Made by a program: the position numbers and the translations under genes | The notes under the pieces: model-generated | What the model saw: the letters and a program-made list of their open reading frames with translations, nothing else | Databases searched by the model: none | Told to the model about the DNA's origin: nothing | Shown: piece after piece, positions 16,618 through 25,260 of the stretch | How the letters are laid out: every line of letters begins with the position of its first letter | Position numbering within the stretch: the first letter of the stretch is position 1 | Assembly (NCBI GenBank): GCA_001761425.1 | Contig: CP012986.1 | Coordinates: 780,001-812,000 of the forward strand | Length of the DNA: 32,000 nucleotides | From: Candidatus Saccharimonadota bacterium | Lineage (GTDB): Archaea > Nanohalarchaeota > Nanosalinia > Nanosalinales > Nanosalinaceae | Direction: 5' to 3'

Positions 16618-17010
16618 ATGGTAGAAACTGAGGGAAAAGTAGCGATCGGAATCATCAGGAACCAGGGAAAATACCTGGTGATGAAACGCTCCGAACAGAC
16701 CTCAAGCTCAGGCCTCTGGACCTTTCCCGGCGGAAAAATAGAGGAAGACGAATCCGTCAAGGAAGCCGCAAAACGGGAAATCAGGGAAGAAACAGGCCTT
16801 GAAACAGAAGTTCTCAGAACCGGGGAAAGCTACACGAATAAAGGAGAGCTAGGCCTCTGGAAAATCTTCCCAGTACTGATGGAATCCGATACGCGGAACG
16901 TCGAGATGAACCATGAACACTCAGAACACAGATGGATAGACCCTAAGGAGCTTGAAGGCCTTGAGACACTTGGAGAAATCCAGGCGCCGGAGAAACTGGG
17001 CCTGAGATAG
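16618..17010 (+). CDS. NUDIX hydrolase (second, tandem copy)
   Basis: Nudix box PGGKIEEDESVKEAAKREIREETGL. It starts 7 nt after the stop of the previous gene. Confidence 0.85.
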   Translation: MVETEGKVAIGIIRNQGKYLVMKRSEQTSSSGLWTFPGGKIEEDESVKEAAKREIREETGLETEVLRTGESYTNKGELGLWKIFPVLMESDTRNVEMNHEHSEHRWIDPKELEGLETLGEIQAPEKLGLR

Positions 17011-17022
17011 GAAGGCCTTTCT

Positions 17023-17137
17023 TATTTAAAAATCCAGCCGTTGTTTTTCTTGTATGAGCAGTGAGTGTTTTTGTCCGTGTCACTGAAAGTTTGATTTTCT
17101 CAGTTTTTACGCTGCTCATGGTTGAAGGTGAAGTTCC
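17023..17137 (+). promoter_or_regulatory. cysS upstream region: TATA-like box, T-run terminators of the NUDIX operon, structured ~84-nt leader and Shine-Dalgarno
   Basis: TTATTTAAAAAT at 17023-17033. T5 runs occur near 17044, 17068 and 17104. 17053-17063 can pair with 17110-17120 (8 WC + 2 GU pairs), or 17059-17064 can pair with 17080-17085. AGGTGA (17126-17131) lies 6 nt before the ATG. Confidence 0.4.
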
Positions 17138-18592
17138 ATGGTTCTGAAACTGTACAATACTCTGGAGCGCGAGAAACAGGAATTTAAACCGAAGGAAAAA
17201 GGAAAGGTAAAGTTCTACAGCTGTGGACAGACAATCTACGATGACTTACACGTAGGAAACGCCCGTGCATACGTTGTCTGGGATACTCTAAGAAGATACC
17301 TTGAGTACAAAGGTTATACGGTAAGACATGTACAGAACATCACTGATGTCGGCCACTTAACCGATGATGGGGATCAGGGAGAGGATAAAGTCGAGAAACG
17401 GGCGAAAAAATTAGGCCTTGAACCCATGGAGCTGGTTGAAGACCAGATCAAACGTTATTTCGAAGATACGAGAGCGGTGAACGTGGAGAGACAGGATATA
17501 ATGCCCCGGGCCACCGGTCATATCAACGAGATGATAGAGTACGTCCAGGAGATTTACGACAACGGTTACGCCTACGAAAAAGATGGAAACATCTACTTCG
17601 ACGTCGAAAAATTCTCGGAGGATTATCCGTACGGCGAGATGGCGAAGAAAGACCTGGAACAGTTGAAAGAGGAAGCCAGAAGCCGTGTCGAACCGGATGA
17701 GAAAAAAACGAATCAGTTTGACTTCGCTCTCTGGCTGAACTCTGAAGGCTCTGAACATCTCATGGAATGGACAGCAGACTTCCAGATCGGCGGAGAATTA
17801 CTGGAAAGCAAGGGTTATCCTGGCTGGCACATCGAATGTTCTGTCATGTCCCAGAAATACCTGGGCGACGAATTCGACATCCACGCAGGAGGAAAAGACC
17901 ACATCTTCCCCCATCATCCGAATGAGCGCGCCCAGGCCTTCGCAGCATCAGGAGACGGTCAAGCACGTTACTGGCTCCACAACGAATTCATCCAGGTAGA
18001 AGGAGAGAAAATGTCCAAATCCGAAGGAAACTTCTACACAGTAAAAGAACTACTGGACGAAGGATTCAACGGAAACACGATAAGACTCTACCTGATAAGC
18101 TCACACTACAGAAGCGAAACAGACTTCTCCATGGAAGGCCTCGAAAAAGCGGAAAAAGAACTCACCAGGATCAAAAGAACTCTACAGAAGATAGAAAAAT
18201 TCTCCAGCTCAGGCGCAACAATCCTGGACGAAGAATGCGACGAATTCCTGAAAAAATTCGAATCCGCAATGGACGACGACCTCAACACCGCAAGAGCAAA
18301 ACAGATCCTCATGAAATTCGTCAACGACATCAACTCAGAAATCGAAAGATACGAAGACGGAAGCCTCGACAAAGCACGCGACTACATCCTCGAAGGCCTC
18401 CAACTTCTCGGAGTAGAGCTTGAAGAAAATGAGAAAGAAGAAGGCCTTGTCAAATCAATGCTAGAACTCAGAAAAGACGCAAGAAACCGGGAAGACTACG
18501 AAACCAGCGACTTCATCCGCGACCAGCTTGAAGGCCTCGGCTTCGAAGTAGAAGACACCGAAAAAGGAGCTATCTGGGTGGAAAAAAGCTAA
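17138..18592 (+). CDS. cysS: Cysteine--tRNA ligase
   Basis: HIGH motif HVGNARAY, KMSKS motif EKMSKSEGN, class I core (GWHIECS), typical length of 484 aa. Confidence 0.95.
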   Translation: MVLKLYNTLEREKQEFKPKEKGKVKFYSCGQTIYDDLHVGNARAYVVWDTLRRYLEYKGYTVRHVQNITDVGHLTDDGDQGEDKVEKRAKKLGLEPMELVEDQIKRYFEDTRAVNVERQDIMPRATGHINEMIEYVQEIYDNGYAYEKDGNIYFDVEKFSEDYPYGEMAKKDLEQLKEEARSRVEPDEKKTNQFDFALWLNSEGSEHLMEWTADFQIGGELLESKGYPGWHIECSVMSQKYLGDEFDIHAGGKDHIFPHHPNERAQAFAASGDGQARYWLHNEFIQVEGEKMSKSEGNFYTVKELLDEGFNGNTIRLYLISSHYRSETDFSMEGLEKAEKELTRIKRTLQKIEKFSSSGATILDEECDEFLKKFESAMDDDLNTARAKQILMKFVNDINSEIERYEDGSLDKARDYILEGLQLLGVELEENEKEEGLVKSMLELRKDARNREDYETSDFIRDQLEGLGFEVEDTEKGAIWVEKS

Positions 18593-18690
18593 CAACTAGT
18601 CCGAAATTAGATCAAATAGTTAAGATTTGAACCAGCAGAGGTATGATTGAAGAATGTGAACTACATAAGGTGCTCTATCCGCTAGTGACC

Positions 18691-20182
18691 TTTTCAACAG
18701 TTCTAAAGTTCAATTGAAAGCTGGTTGTCTGCTAGCTTCTTCGCAAGGTCATGCTTGAGTTCTAATACTTCTAAAGTTCAATTGAAAGTGTTTTAGAACC
18801 TTTAGACAATGCTACATGGATATCGTTCTAATACTTCTAAAGTTCAATTGAAAGTAGGCAAGAAATGGGTGGAAACGGTCGTAATTTACCGTTCTAATAC
18901 TTCTAAAGTTCAATTGAAAGTTATCATCGTGACAAGCATTCCTGGAGATTCGCGTGGTTCTAATACTTCTAAAGTTCAATTGAAAGTGATGTCAAGGTAA
19001 GGGAAAGTAGCCATGGAGACATGTTCTAATACTTCTAAAGTTCAATTGAAAGGCCTGAATCATTCCGCAACGGCCTCCTTAACACGTCTGTTCTAATACT
19101 TCTAAAGTTCAATTGAAAGCTAGTCGGATCTCCCTCTTCTCCAAAGTCAGGCCTGGTTCTAATACTTCTAAAGTTCAATTGAAAGCATGAGCTGGGAAGG
19201 CGGACGCAGCCGTATTCGGCAGTTCTAATACTTCTAAAGTTCAATTGAAAGAGCAGTATCAGCAGCTAAAAAAACTGAACGAACAGCTGTTCTAATACTT
19301 CTAAAGTTCAATTGAAAGAGGCCTTAGCTCAGATGGCAGCTCATCCTGACCTCGGTTCTAATACTTCTAAAGTTCAATTGAAAGACCTGATCCGTTGTAT
19401 TCCAGAGCGTTGTAGAATTCGTTCTAATACTTCTAAAGTTCAATTGAAAGATTTCAGGTTTTCAGGGTTCTCAGCTCTTGTACCTGGTTCTAATACTTCT
19501 AAAGTTCAATTGAAAGCGGTTAGCGGTCGAGGAAGTGGAAGAGCCCAGTGTGTGTTCTAATACTTCTAAAGTTCAATTGAAAGTTATCTTCTTCGATGAG
19601 GCGAAGACGATTTTCTCAGGTTCTAATACTTCTAAAGTTCAATTGAAAGTTGATAGCGATGAGGATGATGGAAGGTTTCAACCAGGTTCTAATACTTCTA
19701 AAGTTCAATTGAAAGAGTCACGGGCCTCAGCCATCGCATGCTTCCCATAGTCGTTCTAATACTTCTAAAGTTCAATTGAAAGTAATTTTATCAGTACCTG
19801 CTTCAGCAATAGCAGCATGTTCTAATACTTCTAAAGTTCAATTGAAAGCCACCTGAGAACTCATACCGTGAACTGTCAGAGTCCCGTTCTAATACTTCTA
19901 AAGTTCAATTGAAAGGCCCCGATCGGCATAGTGATCTGGAGCTACCTGCTCTAGTTCTAATACTTCTAAAGTTCAATTGAAAGGACTGGATCAGCCAGTA
20001 GTCCGAGGATGCTGTATGAGTTCTAATACTTCTAAAGTTCAATTGAAAGTCAAGCTCCGGCCATTTCCCTTATCCTTCTGTGCAAGTTCTAATACTTCTA
20101 AAGTTCAATTGAAAGTCGTTGAAAAAGATTGAAGAAGGCGAATTCTTTCCCAGTTCTAATACTTCTAAAGTTCAATTGAAAG
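18691..20182 (+). CRISPR. CRISPR array: 22 identical 30-nt repeats GTTCTAATACTTCTAAAGTTCAATTGAAAG plus one degenerate repeat at 18691-18720; 22 spacers of 36-38 nt
   Basis: Full repeats start at 18759, 18825, 18891, 18957, 19023, 19090, 19156, 19222, 19289, 19355, 19421, 19487, 19554, 19620, 19686, 19753, 19819, 19886, 19954, 20020, 20086 and 20153. The degenerate copy TTTTCAACAGTTCTAAAGTTCAATTGAAAG keeps only the last 20 nt. The plus strand is assigned from the ATTGAAAG 3' end and the resemblance to the Pyrococcus furiosus repeat. The position of the degenerate repeat argues the opposite (see findings). Confidence 0.95.
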
Positions 20183-20287
20183 CCGGCCATATTTTGGGTT
20201 ATATGGCGCTATATCAGTTGTTTAGTGTTGAGGTTTTTGTACCTTTGGAGGTAATGTAGGTTGTTTATAAGGATAGTTAGAAAGAGG

Positions 20288-20548
20288 TCAGAGTACTTGA
20301 CTTGAGCTTCCTTTTTCTTCGCCTATTACTTCACGTTCTATGTACTTTTGGTTGCCCATCTGATAAATAATTACCGAATCACCGATATCAGTGATTTCTT
20401 CGAGGTAATCTTTGATTTCTCTCAGTTCTCCTTCTGTTAGTTCTCCCTCAAAGACTGAGTTCTGGACCCAGTGCATTCTGGCTCTGAGGAACTTGAGTAC
20501 TTTTCTGTTCTTTTCCTGTGCCACATCGTATACAGCGACTACAAACAA
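20288..20548 (-). CDS. cas2: CRISPR-associated endoribonuclease Cas2
   Basis: 86 aa with the N-terminal FVVAVYDV beta-strand motif. It sits directly after cas1. The start codon is TTG (20548..20546); no in-frame ATG is available. Confidence 0.9.
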   Translation of the reverse strand: MFVVAVYDVAQEKNRKVLKFLRARMHWVQNSVFEGELTEGELREIKDYLEEITDIGDSVIIYQMGNQKYIEREVIGEEKGSSSQVL

Positions 20549-20550
20549 CT

Positions 20551-21543
20551 TCAGTCAGCTCGATAAGGCTTGTACTCTTTGTCATCAAGTACATGTTTGA
20601 TGATTTTGTAAGCCTCTAATCTGAACATTCTCTGATAGGAGACTTTTCGCTCCAGTTTTTCATTGTAAATTGTCTGTTCGAGTCTTTCCTCGAACTCGGC
20701 CACAAATTTCTTCCTGCCTTTATCGTTCAGGAGACAGCCGTCAAGATCCTTATCAAAGTGCTTATCCGGTTTCAACTCCTGCTTGTTCACGAGTTTGAAA
20801 AGCGTCTTGTCAACTATTACCGGCTTAAATATCTCGCTTAAATCCAGGCTTAGAGAAAATCGTCTTTCCCGTGGCTCGTGCAGATAGGAGATTGTCGGAT
20901 TCAGCTGGGTTCTATAGATCTCATTCAGTATTGAAGAGTAGAGCATCGAATTCCCGAAGGAGATCATGGCGTTGACTTCATTGTCCGGCGGCTGCTTGAC
21001 TCTTTTCGTGAAAACAAAGCTATCCCTTAAAATTTTGTTAAATGTGGAGTAATAGCTTCTTCTTATACTCCCTTCTATACCTAAGATATCCTCTGCTGTA
21101 TCGACTTTTTCTGTGCCTTCACGCAGATTCTCTATCTCTGATATTTGTTCTTCAACATCTTTTCCTTTATTCCGGTAGTACCGCAGATTTTGAAGCATAT
21201 TGTAGGAGGATCCTTCAACGAACTTCTGAGCTAGCTCCAACCTTTTCTGCGAATTGTTATAGTACTCTGATTGATTTACAACTACAAGGCCTGAGTTTAG
21301 GAACTCTTTTGGATAGAAGCTTCCGCGGTAGTCGCCGTACCAGCCGTAGTAGTGGGCCAGAGTCTCCTGTTTCCCAAGGAATTCAAAGAAACGTGTATTA
21401 AAATCTAGCTGTCCCATAAGGTGAAGCGAGTTACAGTTTTTCACAGGGATCTTCTTTTTCTCACCCTCCTTAGTTTCCAATTGTATAGTATTGTCTTTTC
21501 TCTTTAGTTCGCCATTCGTAGTCACATAATAGTTCTTCTTCAT
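20551..21543 (-). CDS. cas1: CRISPR-associated endonuclease Cas1
   Basis: 330 aa with the conserved ISYLHEPRERRFSLSLDLSEIFKPVIVD block (His/Glu/Asp catalytic region), in cas4-cas1-cas2 order. Confidence 0.92.
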   Translation of the reverse strand: MKKNYYVTTNGELKRKDNTIQLETKEGEKKKIPVKNCNSLHLMGQLDFNTRFFEFLGKQETLAHYYGWYGDYRGSFYPKEFLNSGLVVVNQSEYYNNSQKRLELAQKFVEGSSYNMLQNLRYYRNKGKDVEEQISEIENLREGTEKVDTAEDILGIEGSIRRSYYSTFNKILRDSFVFTKRVKQPPDNEVNAMISFGNSMLYSSILNEIYRTQLNPTISYLHEPRERRFSLSLDLSEIFKPVIVDKTLFKLVNKQELKPDKHFDKDLDGCLLNDKGRKKFVAEFEERLEQTIYNEKLERKVSYQRMFRLEAYKIIKHVLDDKEYKPYRAD

Positions 21544-21554
21544 GATATTTCACT

Positions 21555-22076
21555 TCAAATCTGGAAAAAGTCTCTGTAAGTAGCGTTTTTCGGCAGGTTT
21601 TCAAGATCAGCATCCGGAGGAGTATCCCTAGTGATTATGTCTCTGATTTCCTCCACTATTTCCTCAATCTCTTCTTCGTCCTCTTCTGTCAGTTCAATAG
21701 TCTTGGTCTTCTTCTCTTCCGGAATCTTCAGCTCGCCTTTCATCTCCATATCTTTCTTAGTCTTCAGATACCAGAGATAATATTTTAGTTGCATTACTGC
21801 TGGTTTCTTGAGTGTAGAGGATTTCTTCACCTCATAAATCTTGCTTTTCCCCTCAATAATATCGACCGCTATAGTTCCATCGATCAAAACATTCCTCGTA
21901 TTTTTTCTTGAGTAACTGGAGTCTTGAATCTGGTTGCCGATATCGATATTGCTGTCATCGTAGTTCATGTTGATGTTGTTAGCGAAGTACCAGAGCTCCT
22001 TCTTCGAAACATAGTAATACTGGATCATCACGCCCGTAACTTTCGGCTTATCCCGCGTGTCGATAAACTCCGTCAT
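21555..22076 (-). CDS. cas4: Cas4-family RecB-like nuclease, cysteine-free variant
   Basis: 173 aa. N-terminal VTGVMIQYYYVSKKELWYF (compare the Cas4 pattern ...YFVCxRxLW), nuclease motifs VD...IYEVKKS (D..ExK) and QLKYYLWYL (QxxxY). It sits between cas3 and cas1. The translation contains no Cys. Confidence 0.8.
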   Translation of the reverse strand: MTEFIDTRDKPKVTGVMIQYYYVSKKELWYFANNINMNYDDSNIDIGNQIQDSSYSRKNTRNVLIDGTIAVDIIEGKSKIYEVKKSSTLKKPAVMQLKYYLWYLKTKKDMEMKGELKIPEEKKTKTIELTEEDEEEIEEIVEEIRDIITRDTPPDADLENLPKNATYRDFFQI

Positions 22077-24496
22077 AGAATCCTTTGCTCCACCTTGGAT
22101 TCCGGTATCTGGAAACCTGTAACCTGGTGATACCAGTCGTCCTCACTTTCACCGATTTTCTCTCTTATAATCTCTCGGAAGTTGTCCGAAAAATCCGTTT
22201 CCGGAAGGCCTGAAAGTTTCTCTTCATCACCGTAAATCCTTGCATTTACTATATAGCTGTGGAACTCTGACTTTAATTCCTGCATCTGCTTCCGTCTCTC
22301 GAAATACGGTTTACTGTATATCTCTAACACGGTCTGATAGATTTTCTCTGAACCTTCTGCGTGAACGAAAACAGGCACCGACTGGATATTCTCTATCAAG
22401 CTAACATCAATATTTGAGAAGTTCAATTCTCTAACATTCTTCAGTAAGTCCTCATGATCCTGATTCTTCCTCTCATTAACGATTTCAAAGTATCTTTCAA
22501 CTGCCTGCCTGTTGAAATCTGCTTCCGAGACTCTGCCGGAAAACTCTTCTATAACTTCCTCTGTAAAACTGATTAAACCGCTGTCAGAATCTCCAGTGTA
22601 GACATAATTGCAGAGAGCCTTTCCATACTCGTCTTCAAGCTTTACAACCTTGACAAGGCCTTTGTCGCTGGAATCCTCCCTGTTACATCTTCCCGCTGTC
22701 TGGACGATAGAGTCCAGAGGAGCAAAATCTCGCCATACTTTATCCATATCGATATCTACGCCTGCCTCAATAAGCTGAGTAGTCACAACCAACACAGGCT
22801 CATCTGAATCCTTGATCTCCTGAATCCGCTCATCCCTGTGCTTCGGAAGTATATCAGTCGACAGGAAAATAATCTCTCTATCAACTTTCTCAACAAGCTC
22901 CTGATAAAGCTGTTTGGCAGAGTTCTTGGTATTCATAACCGTCATCAAATCTTTCTCAGATTCAGCTTCCTCTCCTATTTCTCCAGCCAGCTCGGATAAA
23001 TCATTCAGGCGTAAATCGAACTCGTAATCCACGCGATCAAACTTCTCAAAGTACGCTTCTTTTTTCTCCTCTGGAATGGCCTCTTTGCTTTCTTCCTTCT
23101 CTATCAGCTCTGGCTGGGTAGCCGTCATCAAAACTATTTTAGAATTAAATTTTTCTGCCAGGATTTTGAAGGCCTCTTCCACAGGTTTCCAGTACTTGAT
23201 CGGCAGTGACTGTATCTCGTCTAGCAAGATTATAGAATTCGCAATCTTATGGAACTTCCGGGCCTGAGAATTTTCTGTGGAGAATAAGGTCTCGAAGAAC
23301 TGGACGAAAGTAGTATTCACGACTTCAGAGTTCCAGCCCTCAGTCAAAAGAATGGGATTGCTAGGATTTTTCTCTTCCTCCTCTTCCCTCTCCTCATCAG
23401 ACATATTCTCTGCATAACCCGGTGATAGATGATCATGGCGAAGCAAAAGCTCAGGCCTTGAATCGTATTCTCCTTCCTCGTTTTCTTCAAGCAAACCCGA
23501 ATTCCCCAGTACATTTTCAACTACATCATGGTTCTGATCGATTATACTGAGGAACGGAAGAGAGTAAATAATCCTTGGAGGCCTCTCATACTCTTCTTTC
23601 TCGGACATTTCTTGTCTCATCTGCAATGCCATGTTGAACGCTGTCAAAGTCTTCCCCGCTCCTGTCGGCAGAGTCAAGGTCATCAAATCCTCATCCAAAT
23701 CTATCGATTCCTCAGCCAGCTCAAAGGCCTCCTGTCTGATCTCATTAATTCTAGACTCAGGATCATCCCACCCCTTATCGCTCTTGTACTTTTTCACCAT
23801 GTCTGCTGGTAGTTCTTTGTGATCTCCGACTGAAGGCCATTCTTCGTAGTCGAACCGTGCTGTATCCATCTTATCGGCGTCAAGAAGCACAGAGTAACAG
23901 AAAAGGGTTAGGAAGAAACTCTCTGGTTTACTACCAAACCGGTCTTTAGTATTTTTTAGGCTTGTGACATCTATTTCGTCGAATATTTGCTCGCCTTGGA
24001 CTTGTTCCTTGAATCCTTTAATATAATCTATTTGCCAAGTTTGGTATATTTCATTCAGATCATCGCCTAATTTTTTCACCTGTTTTTTGAGTATTCTTTT
24101 GGATTTTTTGTCTGTCTTCTTTTTGATCTGGCTTTCATGGTGGCCAAACAGGTTTTCTAAGTCTCCGTGGTGTTTTAGAACGATAAGCCATCCTAGTAAC
24201 TGCATTTTTTCCGAAAATCCTTCTTGTTTCAAAACGTGGTATGTGTAGTAGGCCGAAATTAGGGAATGTTGTTTATCTTCTGGGTCAACCTGCTTATCAG
24301 TAGTCAGATAGTCCTGAAAGTATGTAGTGCCTTTCCCGAAATCGTGGCATTGTCCGAGGATCGTACAGAAAGATTTCAGATCCTCATCAATATCTAATTT
24401 TTTCTCTTCAATAATCTTCTCAGACTTTCTACTGACGCTCTCAAGATGTTCTTCCAGTTTTTGCCTTTCTGGCTCCGTATGAGCGATCAGTTTCAT
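22073..24496 (-). CDS. cas3: Cas3 helicase with fused N-terminal HD nuclease domain
   Basis: HD motifs GQCHDFGK, LKHHGD and LLDADKMD. Helicase motif I LPTGAGKT, motif II LLDEIQS, motif VI QTAGRCNRE. 807 aa. Confidence 0.92.
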   Translation of the reverse strand: MKLIAHTEPERQKLEEHLESVSRKSEKIIEEKKLDIDEDLKSFCTILGQCHDFGKGTTYFQDYLTTDKQVDPEDKQHSLISAYYTYHVLKQEGFSEKMQLLGWLIVLKHHGDLENLFGHHESQIKKKTDKKSKRILKKQVKKLGDDLNEIYQTWQIDYIKGFKEQVQGEQIFDEIDVTSLKNTKDRFGSKPESFFLTLFCYSVLLDADKMDTARFDYEEWPSVGDHKELPADMVKKYKSDKGWDDPESRINEIRQEAFELAEESIDLDEDLMTLTLPTGAGKTLTAFNMALQMRQEMSEKEEYERPPRIIYSLPFLSIIDQNHDVVENVLGNSGLLEENEEGEYDSRPELLLRHDHLSPGYAENMSDEEREEEEEKNPSNPILLTEGWNSEVVNTTFVQFFETLFSTENSQARKFHKIANSIILLDEIQSLPIKYWKPVEEAFKILAEKFNSKIVLMTATQPELIEKEESKEAIPEEKKEAYFEKFDRVDYEFDLRLNDLSELAGEIGEEAESEKDLMTVMNTKNSAKQLYQELVEKVDREIIFLSTDILPKHRDERIQEIKDSDEPVLVVTTQLIEAGVDIDMDKVWRDFAPLDSIVQTAGRCNREDSSDKGLVKVVKLEDEYGKALCNYVYTGDSDSGLISFTEEVIEEFSGRVSEADFNRQAVERYFEIVNERKNQDHEDLLKNVRELNFSNIDVSLIENIQSVPVFVHAEGSEKIYQTVLEIYSKPYFERRKQMQELKSEFHSYIVNARIYGDEEKLSGLPETDFSDNFREIIREKIGESEDDWYHQVTGFQIPESKVEQRIL

Positions 24497-25257
24497 TCTA
24501 GAAACTTTATTTTATGTCCGTTTTCCAGTTGGTAGTATTGGCCTTCATTTTGATGAACAGAGTAGTCATTGTCCTCTTCAGTATCGTTATTCTGAGATTT
24601 GAGCGTTTCAACATACATTATATCGGAGAATTTCTGAACTTCTCTTTCCTGATTCATGAACATTGAGACACTTTCCTTTGCGTATTTTTTACCCTCCTCA
24701 AACTGTACGCTAGAGTTTTCCAGAGGTATCACGCTATCAATATCTGCTTCGCCTTCTTTTTCCTCAAGTTCTTGCTTTCCTATATACTCGTATCGAGCTA
24801 TATTTTCAGATATGCCGAGGTAGGGAGTGTAAAATGATTTTTCTTCCTCTAGAACATTTTCAGGTGATTCAAGTTTATTGCTTCTGAAATAGATCACATA
24901 TTGAGGCTTTCTGATCATCTCAAAAGGAACTTGATTTTTCTCCAGTTTCTCTGGCGGTATACCCAGTTTGATAATTCTCTCTGTTTCATCTTTCATTTTA
25001 AGCAGGTTGATGTTTATAGTCTGTTTCTCAGTTTCCTCTCTAGGTTGGTTTAGTACTGCAATATCAGAATTTTCCTGTGAGAAAACTTCTTGATAGCTAT
25101 TTTCACCTTTCCTTGGGAGACCAAAAATTGCTCCTAGAAGTCCTGCTACAGCCGTCCTCGGCGGAACACCGTGAGTTAAGGGGGAAGAAGTGGAGAAGTT
25201 TTTACGGAAATGGCCGTAATCTGCCTCCACTTTTATCCCGTAGACAATCTCGGCCAT
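24493..25257 (-). CDS. cas5: Cas5 (type I-B)
   Basis: N-terminal YGHFRKNFSTSSPLTHGVPPRTAVAGLLGAIFGL matches the Cas5 RAMP signature. It has a 4-nt overlap with cas3. Confidence 0.85.
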   Translation of the reverse strand: MAEIVYGIKVEADYGHFRKNFSTSSPLTHGVPPRTAVAGLLGAIFGLPRKGENSYQEVFSQENSDIAVLNQPREETEKQTININLLKMKDETERIIKLGIPPEKLEKNQVPFEMIRKPQYVIYFRSNKLESPENVLEEEKSFYTPYLGISENIARYEYIGKQELEEKEGEADIDSVIPLENSSVQFEEGKKYAKESVSMFMNQEREVQKFSDIMYVETLKSQNNDTEEDNDYSVHQNEGQYYQLENGHKIKFLE

Positions 25258-25260
25258 TCT

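Noticed and set aside
17041-17137. T-box riboswitch upstream of cysS
   Set aside because: No T-box consensus (AGGGUGGNACCGCG-like) or specifier-loop architecture is visible, and T-boxes are bacterial. I report it only as an unclassified structured leader.
18636-18655. Possible further decayed repeat (ATGATTGAAG) left of the degenerate repeat
   Set aside because: Only a GATTGAAG fragment resembles the repeat end. The alignment over the remaining 20 nt is poor, so this is too weak to call.
18809-19750. Track ORFs inside the array (repeated SNTSKVQLK or FQLNFRSIRT peptides)
   Set aside because: These are translations of the CRISPR repeat in different frames, not genes.
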